Shown piece after piece: positions 1 to 13,051 of a stretch of DNA of 64,000 bases. The stretch spans positions 1 through 64,000 of the forward strand of contig CAWJAX010000004.1 of assembly GCA_963841015.1 (NCBI GenBank), read 5' to 3'. The first letter of the stretch is position 1. Each line of letters opens with the position of its first letter. The notes below the pieces were generated by a model, which was not told the origin of the DNA, did no database searches, and worked only from the letters and a program-made list of their open reading frames with translations. This DNA is from an uncultured Methanoregulaceae archaeon. GTDB lineage: Archaea; Halobacteriota; Methanomicrobia; Methanomicrobiales; Methanospirillaceae. Position numbers and translations under genes: made by a program.

Positions 1-66
1 TAAGAACTCTCATTTTCGCCCTTCAACGAATGTCCTTTAGAGAGAGATCCGGAATGGCGGCTAGAT

Positions 67-717
67 TCACTCCCCCATAACCGGATTGGGACCTGCCAGG
101 ACTTTGGTGAGATAATATGCCCCGAACAGGATCAGAAATATCCCGCACATCCCGAGGATCATGCGGTAGGTCCTCTCACCCATGATAAAACGACCCCGAT
201 GAACGCTCGCGGATACCAGGGTGAACCACCCGAGATCTGCAGCCCAGTGACCGAGAATGAATGCGAGCGCAAGTACGATTCCTCCCGAGTATGCCCCTAT
301 CAGCAGCGCACTCCCTACCGTGAACCACCAGATCCAGAAATACGGGTTCGATATGCTGGTGATAATCCCGGCAAGAAAAGGCCGTGAAATCGCTGCCTGA
401 TCCCCTGCAAGATCGATCCGGGCATTCCGAGCTTCATTCAGGGTCATAACCCCAAACACGACAAGGGCTATGCCACCGATGCCGGCAATCAAACGAGAAT
501 ACTCCCCATTAACAACGCTTATACCTGCCACAATGAGGAGCATCAAGAAGGTCTCGACTGCAATATGTCCGAGGGTTACCCTTGGACCCGCGCTCCAACC
601 GTCTCTTAGTGATGCATTGATGGTTGCAACAAGCGTCGGCCCGGGCACAAGAGCACCGGTAAGTCCGATAACAAAGCCGAGCAGTACCATTTCGACCAGG
701 GGAAGCAGAAGTACCAA
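67..717 (-). CDS. LysE family translocator
   Basis: Hydrophobic protein with GALVPGP near the N-terminus and an SNPYFWIWW motif typical of LysE/RhtB. Confidence 0.85.
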   Translation of the reverse strand: MVLLLPLVEMVLLGFVIGLTGALVPGPTLVATINASLRDGWSAGPRVTLGHIAVETFLMLLIVAGISVVNGEYSRLIAGIGGIALVVFGVMTLNEARNARIDLAGDQAAISRPFLAGIITSISNPYFWIWWFTVGSALLIGAYSGGIVLALAFILGHWAADLGWFTLVSASVHRGRFIMGERTYRMILGMCGIFLILFGAYYLTKVLAGPNPVMGE

Positions 718-851
718 ACCTTATAGGACTATTATCGTTGATCTCCCAATTATGTTCGCTTCAGGGGTCGTCGGATAGTACTATCGACTGTGACCCGAAA
801 AAGAGAATAAGCTCCAGTATCAATACTAATCCCCTTCAAAAAGGTGAAAAT

Positions 852-1268
852 ATGGGTATATTCGACAAGTTACGAGGAACGAAAAGTATTCAGCTGACAC
901 CGAAATCAGCACTTATCACCGCTGCAATCACGGTAATCGCATCTGATGGCGTATTTGATGAGGCAGAGCTTGGCGATCTCTCCAAGATTGCCAGGGGAGA
1001 TAAGAATGCAGTGAACGATGCGGTGCAGGTGCTGCAGGGCACATCGATCCCGGAAACCATGGATCTGGTCGCACACTGTCTCAATGAGAAACAGAGGATG
1101 GCCGCTATGGCAATCCTGCTCGACCTTGCCATGGCAGACGGCATCCTGGCCGGGAACGAACAGAAGATTCTCCAGCAGTACATGGAAAAATTCGGCATCT
1201 CTGAAACGGCACTAAAGCCTGTCATTGATGCGATCGCCCTGAAGAACGATTTTTCAATTTTCTCTTAA
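852..1268 (+). CDS. TerB (tellurite resistance) family protein
   Basis: Two repeated ASDG/MADG..E motifs typical of the TerB fold. ATG at 852 follows AAGGTGA. Confidence 0.7.
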   Translation: MGIFDKLRGTKSIQLTPKSALITAAITVIASDGVFDEAELGDLSKIARGDKNAVNDAVQVLQGTSIPETMDLVAHCLNEKQRMAAMAILLDLAMADGILAGNEQKILQQYMEKFGISETALKPVIDAIALKNDFSIFS

Positions 1269-1295
1269 ACCTCATTTTTTCGCTTTTGCTCAACG

Positions 1296-2036
1296 TCAGG
1301 TTGTCTTCTGTTCTGCGGTACCTGCTTTTATGATCCAAGGCTCAAAGGTTCCCTGGAAATACACCATCACTTCGATCGCATCTCCCTCACTGGCCCGCCG
1401 TAAACCGTCATCGTACTTTTTCCTGACATGCCGGAGGCCATTGCAAAGAAAATATTTTCCGGTATATTCAAGGTATGCAATTTCACTGGCAAGGGCTGCC
1501 TCTTCAAAAATCTTGGTCTCTCTGGCGATGCGCAATGCATCTTCTCCGGTAATAGATGTATGGTACTCTCCGTGTTGGTCAAGTCCGCTGATCTGGCGCC
1601 AGTCAACATTCCCCTCTTCATCAGGCTCCTGGTGGAGCATGTAAGGATACACCCTGCATACTGCCGGTCTCTTTTCATAGATCCCGCACTTGCGATCCTT
1701 GAGAAAATGACAGGATCCTTCAGGATCTCCCCGCGTTTGGATCGTATACCCGGAAGCATAGAATGTACCATGCTGGTCACAGAAATCAAAGGCAGGAACC
1801 GGTTCCAGCGCTTCAGGCTCAAATGCTCGGATCCGCATGGCATCTTCTTCGAGGAGAAGGACATGTCCGTTGAATTTTCTTGTACAACAACGGGCACAAC
1901 AGTCACAATGAAACCCGACATCGGAGATGATTTCAGCAAGTTTACTGGAAGGATATGCATCCAATGCCGTCTTCTCCCCACGCCGTGAAGCGAGAAGTGC
2001 AGGGAAGGGAGGAGGGAGATTTGTTACAGGGTCCAT
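1296..2036 (-). CDS. YkgJ family Fe-S/Zn cysteine-cluster protein
   Basis: Motifs CDCCARCC and CHFL..KCGIYEKRPAVCRVYP. Confidence 0.85.
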   Translation of the reverse strand: MDPVTNLPPPFPALLASRRGEKTALDAYPSSKLAEIISDVGFHCDCCARCCTRKFNGHVLLLEEDAMRIRAFEPEALEPVPAFDFCDQHGTFYASGYTIQTRGDPEGSCHFLKDRKCGIYEKRPAVCRVYPYMLHQEPDEEGNVDWRQISGLDQHGEYHTSITGEDALRIARETKIFEEAALASEIAYLEYTGKYFLCNGLRHVRKKYDDGLRRASEGDAIEVMVYFQGTFEPWIIKAGTAEQKTT

Positions 2037-2142
2037 GCCTGCCTTGTACGTTACCGCGAAAGGCCAAAAAGACAAGGTTCTCGTCCCAACCTGCATAGAA
2101 CAATCCCGAAAAACTATGCTCTTTGAAAATAACCATATACGA

Positions 2143-2997
2143 ATGGGAATCCGGGAGTACCCTGTCGTACTGGTTCACGGCTGGAAGAGCCATCCCGGGA
2201 TCTGGAAACGATTTATTCCGCTGCTGAACGATGCTTCGCTGCCGGTATGGAGTTTCGGATACGACAGGTTGAATGAGCCTTCCCTTGCAGATCTGGCTGC
2301 CGCCCTGGAACAGTTCATCCGCGAAAGGAAGGATGAGACGGGATATGACGGAGCAATCGATATTGTAGGGCACTGCATGGGGACCTGTGTTTCGAGATAC
2401 ATGCTGGAGGTCCTTGACAGGGAGGCACACAACCTCGAAGTGAGGCAGCTGGTCGGGCTTGGGCCGCCCAATAATGGATCCTCTATCGCTGCACTGCTCT
2501 GTGATCCAGTCCATGGGCCCGGTAAGATCAGGGAACTTTCCGGATCATTTTTCCCGCAGGGATACAATCCTGTCGCCGACAGGATTGTCCAGGAATTCCG
2601 GCCCGGGAGCACGACGATGAGACAACTGGCATCGGCCGGTCTTCGTCCCGATATCGCGTACCGTATCATCCTGACAGAAAATCACCCAAAAGATCCCGGA
2701 TTCTTCCCGGCGTTTGACGGAATGACCTGGCAGTATTCACGGGAAAACGGGTGGAAAAGAACATACCAGGGAGACGGGATCGTTCCCCACACCGATTCAT
2801 TCATCGACGGGGTCGGGCTCGATATTCTTCCTGCCCCTGGTGACGGATTCGTGCATGATCCCTCTCTCTACTGCCATTTTAACCTGCCAAGGAACCCTCA
2901 AATTATGCAACGGGTGATGGAGTATCTTTCCGATCCCACTACAAGCCCACGTTCGGTCTGCCCGGAGCGCGATAGAGTCCGGATGGTATCCCCCTGA
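2143..2997 (+). CDS. Alpha/beta hydrolase (lipase/esterase-like) with a GHCMG elbow
   Basis: PVVLVHGW oxyanion motif, IDIVGHCMG elbow, GPPNNGS, DGIVP and a C-terminal His. Confidence 0.8.
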   Translation: MGIREYPVVLVHGWKSHPGIWKRFIPLLNDASLPVWSFGYDRLNEPSLADLAAALEQFIRERKDETGYDGAIDIVGHCMGTCVSRYMLEVLDREAHNLEVRQLVGLGPPNNGSSIAALLCDPVHGPGKIRELSGSFFPQGYNPVADRIVQEFRPGSTTMRQLASAGLRPDIAYRIILTENHPKDPGFFPAFDGMTWQYSRENGWKRTYQGDGIVPHTDSFIDGVGLDILPAPGDGFVHDPSLYCHFNLPRNPQIMQRVMEYLSDPTTSPRSVCPERDRVRMVSP

Positions 2998-3435
2998 ATG
3001 ACCGGTTATAACCTTTTCCTGGATCTCCCTGTTGTCTTGATGTAGTAGATAGTTGGAATGGCAGGAGGTCTCTGATCGAGTTTTGAAAATCAGTAAAAAA
3101 TGTTCTTCACGCTATCGATCGTGGCAATTGGAAAAAGGATTAATTTCATGCCTCAGCCCGGTGTCCAGAAGGAGCGTTTGAATCGCTCCGATTTGCATTC
3201 GCGCAAATGAGTGCTACAAAGTATAAAATTTGACTGCAGGAATTCTCACGGACTGCCCACCCATGATGAACCTCTGGCGCATTTGTAACCACACCGCGGA
3301 ACCGCCGTCAAACAATCCATCATTTTTTTATCCAACAGAGGGGAATATGCGGAGTATCATCTGATTGAGCTGATTGAGATACGCCGGTTTTACCGACCAT
3401 TCTCCTTATTTTCCTGCTATCGGAAAAACCGGCTT

Positions 3436-4635
3436 TTATACAGTCAGATCATCATGAGAGTTGCCCACGGAACAGAACGGATCCTCCCCTGCAAAATCCC
3501 CGCTCTGGGCATACGCCCGCACCCTGCACCCACCACCACAGAGCGGGAGATAGGCACACGACCGGCACTTTCCCCCAATCTCCGGAGGTTTTTTGCGGAA
3601 CCGGGCGAGGACGTGACTGGTGTTATCGTTCCAGAGCGCAGAGAAGGGCCGGTCACGGATGTTACCGACAAGGAAGGCCGGCGAGCGGGCGAACTGGCAG
3701 GGATACACGTTTCCGCGGGGGTCGACATTGGCCACCCGTTCCCCGGCACTGCACCCCCCGTTGAGCAAAGCAAGGAGCTCGCGGGCATCCTGAAGGTCGG
3801 GCGATCCGTCGCGTTCCATGGACTGCAGCAGGTGGAGGCAGTCCTGCGGTGCATCGACGGTGAGAAATTCCATTTCCTCCGCAGGAATTTCCTTTGCCTT
3901 TCCGTACAGAAGCGTGAGCGCCCGGGTGACATCCGGGGCGTTCACCTGGAGCCGTTCGTAGGCATCGCTTCCCCGGCCGCACGGGACAAGCCAGTACAGG
4001 CAGAACCGGGAGGCCCCGAGGTCCCGGGCAAGGTCCACAAGGGCTCCGAGCTCGTCCTGGTTCTCCTTGGTCAGGGTCACCCGGACCCCGCACCGCACCC
4101 CTGCCTTCCGGCAGCAGGCGAAGGCCGCAACAGCCCGGTCAAACGCTCCGGGGGTGTTCCGGAACCGGTCGTGAGTTGCTGCCGTGGCCCCGTCCAGCGA
4201 GATACCAGCATACTCAATCCCACTGCGTTTGATCTTTTTCGCAACTTCATCAGTGATGAGGGTTCCGTTGGTGCTGAGGCGCAGTCTCGATCCCGTTCTC
4301 CCTGGATACTCCGCAAGCTCCCAGATATCGGGACGGACCAGCGGTTCGCCGCCGGTGAAAATGACCAGCGGGACGTTCGATGCCGCGAGGTCGTCAATGA
4401 AAGTACGGGCCTCGGCTGTTGTCAGGTCATCCCCGGACCCGCATTCCGGCCCGGATGAACTGTAACAATGGGTGCAGGAGAGGTTGCACCGGTCGGTCAG
4501 ATTCCAGAAGATGACAGGCCTGCGCTGGCCGGCGAAGGCAAGATATTTACTTGGAACGGCCTCTTTCCCGTGCCGGTGTTTCATGACGGCACTTACTGTG
4601 CCTTTACCATGGAGGCACTGCGTGATCCGGTTCAT
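3436..4635 (-). CDS. ahbC: Radical SAM/SPASM Fe-coproporphyrin synthase, AhbC-like
   Basis: RPVIFWNLTDRCNLSCTHCY, EFLTVD and SPASM cysteines; clustered with ahbA/B/D. A compensated pair of indels lies near 4280-4310. Confidence 0.8.
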   Translation of the reverse strand: MNRITQCLHGKGTVSAVMKHRHGKEAVPSKYLAFAGQRRPVIFWNLTDRCNLSCTHCYSSSGPECGSGDDLTTAEARTFIDDLAASNVPLVIFTGGEPLVRPDIWELAEYPGRTGSRLRLSTNGTLITDEVAKKIKRSGIEYAGISLDGATAATHDRFRNTPGAFDRAVAAFACCRKAGVRCGVRVTLTKENQDELGALVDLARDLGASRFCLYWLVPCGRGSDAYERLQVNAPDVTRALTLLYGKAKEIPAEEMEFLTVDAPQDCLHLLQSMERDGSPDLQDARELLALLNGGCSAGERVANVDPRGNVYPCQFARSPAFLVGNIRDRPFSALWNDNTSHVLARFRKKPPEIGGKCRSCAYLPLCGGGCRVRAYAQSGDFAGEDPFCSVGNSHDDLTV

Positions 4636-5116
4636 CTCCCCCTCCCATTCTCCCGGATGCGAACATTCGGGACACGCTTGAATTCCTCTGTGCTGAAGAG
4701 GATGAGGTAGCGGGACAGGCCGGTCTGTTCTGCAAGCTGGCGGACCTCCTCTTCAACCTCCTTCCTCGAGAACCCGTGATGGACCGTATACAGGGAATAG
4801 TCCCAACGGCCCGCTACAGGTCTCCGTTCGTAACAGTGGGTGACACAGGGATACGATGCCAGCCGGGATCCCATTTCTCCGGGCGGCATTCCGTTGCAGT
4901 CCCATGCGACGAGGGCATTGGCGGTGATTCCCAGCTGCCGCTGGTTGATCCGTGCCCGAAACCGACGGATGATACCGGCCTCCATTAACCCCCGGACCCG
5001 TACCAGGACGTCCTCACCCTCAAGACCGGCTTTTTCCCGATCTCCGCGAACGGCTCGGGAACAAACGGGAGCCCGTCTTCAAGCACTGCAAGGATCTCCC
5101 GGTCACCCTGATCCAT
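4632..5116 (-). CDS. ahbB: Siroheme decarboxylase beta subunit (Lrp-like), one frameshift near 5033
   Basis: N-terminus MDQGDREILAVLEDGLPFVPEPF joins across an A-run to the ORF carrying VTHCYER..WDYSLYTVHHG and LFSTEEFK. Confidence 0.8.
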
Positions 5117-5612
5117 TCGCACCTCCCTTCCGGATCCCTGCGAGGGGGAACCGGACATCGATTTTTATCTTGTTCACGGTCGGCAGGTCCAGAATATCGT
5201 CCCGGGTAAAGCCTGTTCTTTCAAGGATCTCCTGAAGAACTTCATGCAGCGTATTCTCATCCTTTGCCGAGAGCGTGAACCAGAGTGAATACTGATGATC
5301 ACGCTGGAAATTATGCGAGACATCCGTGTATTGGCTGATGATGTCAGCAACTTCGCGGATGTGTTCTTGCGGCACAGGAAGCGCAACAAGCGTTGCGGCA
5401 GTAATGCCCAGTGGCCGGGATTCGATGATGGGTGAGATTCCCCGGACAATCCCTTCCCGGAACAGACGTTCCAGCCGTTCAAGAAGCACATCTTCCGGGA
5501 TATCGAGCAGGATTGCAACCGCCTCCCACGGGCGGGGTACGAGTGGAATGTCCTGCTGTAATGAATCGAGAATGCGAAGATCGAGTTCATCAGCCGGTGT
5601 TCCCGTGGTCAT
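5103..5612 (-). CDS. ahbA: Siroheme decarboxylase alpha subunit (Lrp-like)
   Basis: LQQDIPLVPRPW, VSHNFQRDHQYSLWFTL and KIDVRF motifs. Confidence 0.8.
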   Translation of the reverse strand: MTTGTPADELDLRILDSLQQDIPLVPRPWEAVAILLDIPEDVLLERLERLFREGIVRGISPIIESRPLGITAATLVALPVPQEHIREVADIISQYTDVSHNFQRDHQYSLWFTLSAKDENTLHEVLQEILERTGFTRDDILDLPTVNKIKIDVRFPLAGIRKGGANGSG

Positions 5613-6711
5613 TGCGTTCCTCCCGGTTCGTACGGGCACCATGGGTCCTCAGAGCGGAGCTCCCCTGCAATTTCCCCAGGGAGCATAAGCCCGTCACACC
5701 AGCAGGGGGAAACCGCTTCCGAGCCCCGGTACGCCCGGGCACGACAGCCGCCGCAAATGATTTTGTATTCACACTCCCCGCATTTCCCGGTCAACAATTC
5801 CGGGTCGCGGAGTGCGGAGAAGATGGGTGAGTGATACCATATCTCGCGAAACGGCGTCTTTCGGACATTCCCGGCACTCACCGGAAGATAGGGACAAGGG
5901 GTGACATCCCCATCTGCGTAGATCCTGCAGTAGCCAATCCCGGCTATGCAGCCCCGTCCCCAGGCTGGGTTGCCGATCCCGAGTTCTGCGGCAATCCGCC
6001 GGAACTGCGGGGCACAGGTCGGGCGGAGGTTCACGCTTGTGTCTCGGGTACTTCAGGAGCACCTGTCGGATAACCTCTTCATATTCCCGGGGATCCAAAG
6101 GGCCAAAATCCTGTGCACGTCCCGTAGGAACGGGGAAAAAGACCTGGTAATCCATCACCCCCAGACCTTTTCCAAACTCCACAACGGATTGCACATCCCC
6201 TGCAGAGGGCCGCATCACGGTCATGTTGATCTGAACCCCGATACCCTCATCGCGGCAGTTCCGTATTGCCTGCACGGCCTTCTCCCAGGCACCGCTGACG
6301 CCACGGAACGAATCATGGACGGCAGGGTCCGCGGAGTCAATGCTGACCGCCACAGAACGGATTCCTGCATCCCGCAGCCGTTCTGCCATCGAATCGTCGA
6401 GGAAGTACCCGCTGGTGCCCATCACCATCCGAAGACCCTGCTCCGTACCGTTACCGTGCTATTTCGCAGAGATCGGTCCGCATGAGTGGCTCGCCCCCTG
6501 AGAGCACGACAACAGGCGTCCCGACATCCCTGATATGGTCGATGACCGCCAGTGCCTCTACCGTGGAGAGCACTCCTGCTGTTTCGTTCTCACCTGCTTT
6601 CACATAGCAGTGGGAGCACTTCAGGGGACAGCGGAGTGTGATATTCCACGAGACGAGACGCGGCGGCCCACTGGATATTCCCTTCACAACGTCAACCCTT
6701 TTACCATACAC
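5609..6711 (-). CDS. ahbD: Radical SAM/SPASM heme b synthase, AhbD-like, split by two frameshifts
   Basis: Pieces 6451-6711 (PRLVSWNITLRCPLKCSHCY), 5769-6428 and 5609-6034 (RPTCAPQF, GCIAG, PCPYLP, CGGCRARAY) join into one protein. Confidence 0.78.
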
Positions 6712-6766
6712 GGCCCGGGCTCCTTATCCTCATTCGTGAGGTTCTCCACCATTGAAGGTGTGTAAA

Positions 6767-9003
<2,237 letters not shown>

Positions 9004-9259
9004 CTACTTCCATTGTGGGGAGCAGGTCGCGTTCAATCCCTCTCCGCTGGTCCCGGACATCCCGATCAGCAAGGTAAAATGAGCGGAATACTGATTCTCG
9101 ATCATCCACAGAAGGAATTGGCGGGATTCAGCTGCCTGATCATTGCTGGTTACGAAACGAATGACTGGAATGCATGAAAGCGGGCAGTTTCGTCAATTAT
9201 ACCTGCATACAAAGTTTGAAAGATATTGCATACCTAGACATTGTTGTTCTGGTGGATAC

Positions 9260-9736
9260 ATGACACAGGCACCGATGGTTAAGCCCGGCGATCCAGCGAA
9301 GAATTTCTCATTAAAAGACCAGAATGACAAGACATTTGGCCTGTATGAGCAGTCAGGAAAACATGTGCTCCTCTCTTTTCATCCCCTGGCATGGACAGAT
9401 TTCTGTGCTGCCCAGATGACGTCATTGGAAGACAACCGGGAAGTACTGGCCTCTCTTGGATGTATTCCGGTTGGGATCAGTGTCGATTCGAGGCCGTGCA
9501 AAAGGGCATGGGCAGAAAGCCTTTCGATCAAGCATACGCCGTTGCTGTGTGATTTCTGGCCCCAGGGGGTTGTTGCACAGAAATACGGGCTCTTCCGCGA
9601 AGAAAATGGTTTTTCCGAACGGGCTAACGTGATCGTCGATAAAAATCAGAATGTCGTGTTTGTCAAGGTCTATCCAATCCATTCGATACCGGACATCCAG
9701 GAAGTAATCGCGTTTATCCAAAAATTATGGGCGTAA
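9260..9736 (+). CDS. Peroxiredoxin (AhpC/TSA family)
   Basis: FHPLAWTDFC (PxxxTxxC), GISVDS and SERA motifs; divergent from katG. Confidence 0.88.
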   Translation: MTQAPMVKPGDPAKNFSLKDQNDKTFGLYEQSGKHVLLSFHPLAWTDFCAAQMTSLEDNREVLASLGCIPVGISVDSRPCKRAWAESLSIKHTPLLCDFWPQGVVAQKYGLFREENGFSERANVIVDKNQNVVFVKVYPIHSIPDIQEVIAFIQKLWA

Positions 9737-10120
9737 AATTCTGCTGGATGAGAGACAATAACCACTACTTCTTCCAAATTCAAAAAGGGAAATTAAGAAT
9801 GAATTCAGGGGCATTTTTCCCTAAAATCACCCTTTCGTTAGTTTCATCTTCTGTCCACAGCAGACCAGTTCCCCGCCGCCTACCACTTTTACTTCAACAA
9901 CATTACCACAGATCTCACATTCAAAAACCTGTCCTTCTTTTGAGACATTCACCATAGGAAAAACACCTCAAATAAATAATTTCCTGGAAATATAGGAAGG
10001 TATGCATCGGGGTATTTGTGAAAATGTTAGCTCGAATTCGTTATAATGAATATTTTAAATTACAGGTCGGAAGTGTTCCGGATCTGAACTTATATAATCG
10101 GTGAATTGAAAGGATGCATA

Positions 10121-10273
10121 ATGTGTAATACCTGCGGGTGCCTCAACTATACGCTCGATGATCTGGTCTGGTATCACTACCGATGTTCGCATTGCGGCCA
10201 TGTTTACAAAAGTACCGGTCAGAAATCAATCTGTCCAGTCTGCAAATCTGAGAATGTGAAAAGAACAAAATGA
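10121..10273 (+). CDS. 50-aa Cys-rich zinc-ribbon microprotein (absent from the ORF track)
   Basis: MCNTCGCLNYTLDDLVWYHYRCSHCGHVYKSTGQKSICPVCKSENVKRTK, preceded by TTATATAA and GAAAGGA. Confidence 0.75.
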   Translation: MCNTCGCLNYTLDDLVWYHYRCSHCGHVYKSTGQKSICPVCKSENVKRTK

Positions 10274-10396
10274 GGTATTCAATCAGGATTCAGACATCTT
10301 TGGTAAACTTATTAATCAGGATGAATGATGACATGACGACACCGGTAAAAATCCCTAAGATGCCCAAGGCGGGAAAAAGATATAAAAAAGTGATGT

Positions 10397-12934
10397 ATGA
10401 AGAATGAAATTAAACCCAATGAGGGTATTTCCTGGCATGCACTCCCCCCTCAGAGGGTCCAGGATCTGCTTTCCACGTCACCGGAAGGCATCTCGGAATC
10501 TGAAGCACAGGCACGGCTGAGACTCTACGGGAAAAATATCCTGAGGGAAGAGAAGACCAGCCGTCTCGTTATCTTCCTGCGGCAGTTCAAAAGTATCCTC
10601 GTCTACATCCTTATCATCGCCGCCATTATTTCCCTCATCGTCGCTGATATCAAAGATTTTTTAATCATCATTCTCATCATCGCCATCAACAGCGTAATCG
10701 GTTTCTGGCAGGAGGTGAAGGCTGAGGCATCCCTTGCAGCGCTCAAGAAGCTGACCGAGAGCAAAGTTACGGTCATCCGGGACGGGACTGAGCGCATCAT
10801 CCTTTCAGAAGATCTGGTGCCCGGTGACTGCGTTGTCCTTGCCGAGGGGGATCTTGTGACTGCGGATATCCGGCTCTTTGAAACTTCCGCACTCACCGTT
10901 GACGAATCCTCGCTCACCGGTGAGTCGCTGCCGGTCATAAAAGACCACGCAGCAAAGGTTGCGGAAGATGCCCCTCCCTATGACCTGAAGAACAGCCTGC
11001 TTTCCGGAACAACAATCGTGCGGGGATCCGGCAAGGGTTACGTTATAGCGACCGGGAAAAAGACCTATTTTGCCGGCATTGCAGCGCTTGCGCAGGAGCG
11101 TTCTCCCGACAGCCCGTTCACAAAAGCGATCGCCCATTTTTCAAAACGGTATATCCTCCTCCTCATCGGTATATTTGCATTGGTGGGAACCATCGCGTAC
11201 CTGCAGGGCCGGCCGCCCGCGGAGATAGCCTATCTGCTCGTTGCCCAGATGGTCTCAGCGGTACCGGAAGGGCTTCCAATTGTCGTGACGATCATTATGG
11301 TTGTCGGAGCGATGGCACTCTCGAAGAAAAAGACCCTTGTCCGGTACCTCCCGGCAGTGGAGACCATGGGCAGCGCCACCGTCATCGCATCCGATAAGAC
11401 CGGGACAATCACGGAGGGTATCCTCACCGTCCACGATGTCTTTGCACTTGACCGCGAGGCGCTCGAACTGGCAGCAGCCCTCTGCAACGAGGCCCGGGGC
11501 AACGCAGGCGATCCCATTGATGTTGCGCTCTCGCGGTGGGTGACCGGGTATGAAGATATCCGGACGCGCAATCCCCGCCGCTGGGTGTACCCTTTCGATA
11601 CCGCAAAGCGGCTCATGGCCACGGCAAATGTTGTGGGCAGTGAAGAGCGGTTCTATGTCAAGGGTGCATACGAGGAACTGAAGAAACACGCGGACAATGC
11701 TCATGCACTTGGAGATCTTGAGCTCCAGATCGATGCGATGGCCGGCCGCGGGCTCAGGGTGCTCGCGTTCGGAGCAGGCCGTTGGCTCGGGGAGGACCCT
11801 GCCGCATGGAAATTCTCCATTGTCGGGATCGTAGGATTTATTGATCCTCCAAAAGAGAGTGCCGCCGAAGCGGTCCGGGTTGCCCAGAAAGCCGGGATCC
11901 GCGTCATGATGATCACTGGTGATCACCCACTGACCGCCCGGGAGATTGCCCGTTCGGTTCATATCTGGAAAGAGGGCGACGGGCTCCTTACCGGACCGGA
12001 GATCGTGGTCATGAGCGATGACGAGCTTGCCACAGCTCTGAAGAAGACCACGGTTCTTGCCCGCATCCTCCCGGAGCACAAATACCGGGTGGTGAAGGTG
12101 CTGCAGGAGCACGGGGAGATCGTGACGGTGACCGGCGACGGTGTGAACGATGTGCCGGCGCTCCGGGCCGCCGATCTCGGCATTGCCATGGGCTCCGGCT
12201 CGGAAGCGGCCAAGAGTGCGGCCAAGATGGTGATTGTGGACAACAATCTCTCGGTCATCGTTGATGCAATCCGGAACGCCCGGGTGATCGTAGACAACAT
12301 CCGCAAGGTGATCTATTACCTGATATCGACCTCGATCACCGAGATCGTACTCATCAGCACAACCGTCTTTGCCGGTCTCCCGCTCCCGCTCCTTCCCATC
12401 CAGATTCTCTGGGTCAACCTTGTCACAGACGGCGTGCAGGACAAGACGTTCCCCTTCATTAAAGAAGAGGGGAACGTGATGGCCCGGCCCCCGAAAGACC
12501 CCGCAAAACAGTTCTTTGATGGCAGGCAGACGCGCCGTATCATGACCTTCGGTCTGGTCATGGGAGCCCTTGCAGCGGTCATGTTCTGGTACCTTCTCGG
12601 AAGATACCCGTACGAACTTACCGTATCGATCATATTCACGTCTGTTGTCTGCTTGCAGTGGTTCAACGGCCTCCAGGCCCAGCTGGAACACGAGCCGTTC
12701 CTGCTGGACATCAAAAAAAGCCTCACCATCAACCCGTATATCTTCTATGGTATCGGCGTGGGCATCGTGCTCCAGCTGATTGCCATCTATATTATTCCGG
12801 GAGTATTCGGTGTTGTTCCTCTCGCCCTCGAACACTGGGTATATGTAATCGCACTTTCACTGACTGCGTTCTTTGTCGTTGAAGCGATCAAATGGCTGGA
12901 GTACCGGGGCAGTCATCCGAAGGTCCCTATCTGA
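10397..12934 (+). CDS. Cation-translocating P-type ATPase (P2-type)
   Basis: LTGES, VPEGL, DKTGT, MITGD and GDGVND motifs with about 10 TM segments. Confidence 0.93.
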   Translation: MKNEIKPNEGISWHALPPQRVQDLLSTSPEGISESEAQARLRLYGKNILREEKTSRLVIFLRQFKSILVYILIIAAIISLIVADIKDFLIIILIIAINSVIGFWQEVKAEASLAALKKLTESKVTVIRDGTERIILSEDLVPGDCVVLAEGDLVTADIRLFETSALTVDESSLTGESLPVIKDHAAKVAEDAPPYDLKNSLLSGTTIVRGSGKGYVIATGKKTYFAGIAALAQERSPDSPFTKAIAHFSKRYILLLIGIFALVGTIAYLQGRPPAEIAYLLVAQMVSAVPEGLPIVVTIIMVVGAMALSKKKTLVRYLPAVETMGSATVIASDKTGTITEGILTVHDVFALDREALELAAALCNEARGNAGDPIDVALSRWVTGYEDIRTRNPRRWVYPFDTAKRLMATANVVGSEERFYVKGAYEELKKHADNAHALGDLELQIDAMAGRGLRVLAFGAGRWLGEDPAAWKFSIVGIVGFIDPPKESAAEAVRVAQKAGIRVMMITGDHPLTAREIARSVHIWKEGDGLLTGPEIVVMSDDELATALKKTTVLARILPEHKYRVVKVLQEHGEIVTVTGDGVNDVPALRAADLGIAMGSGSEAAKSAAKMVIVDNNLSVIVDAIRNARVIVDNIRKVIYYLISTSITEIVLISTTVFAGLPLPLLPIQILWVNLVTDGVQDKTFPFIKEEGNVMARPPKDPAKQFFDGRQTRRIMTFGLVMGALAAVMFWYLLGRYPYELTVSIIFTSVVCLQWFNGLQAQLEHEPFLLDIKKSLTINPYIFYGIGVGIVLQLIAIYIIPGVFGVVPLALEHWVYVIALSLTAFFVVEAIKWLEYRGSHPKVPI

Positions 12935-13026
12935 ATGAGCATAGAAACCATGGAGCGCTGGTCATCTCATATTGGGTTTATTCTTGCCGCGGTTGGCGCA
13001 GCTGTCGGTATTGGTAACATCTGGCG
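12935..13026 (+). pseudogene. N-terminal remnant of a sodium-dependent (NSS/LeuT family) transporter
   Basis: ERWSSHIGFILAAVGAAVGIGNIWR matches the NSS TM1 signature, then similarity stops just before the convergent usp gene. Confidence 0.75.
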
Positions 13027-13051
13027 AAATCCGGGGATCCCGGGGTTGCTT

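Noticed and set aside
11255-12835. Long antisense ORFs (11255-12835; also 3454-4458, 18896-19858, 29327-30379, 58978-60081)
   Set aside because: Shadow ORFs opposite well-supported genes in GC-rich coding DNA, with no recognisable motifs.
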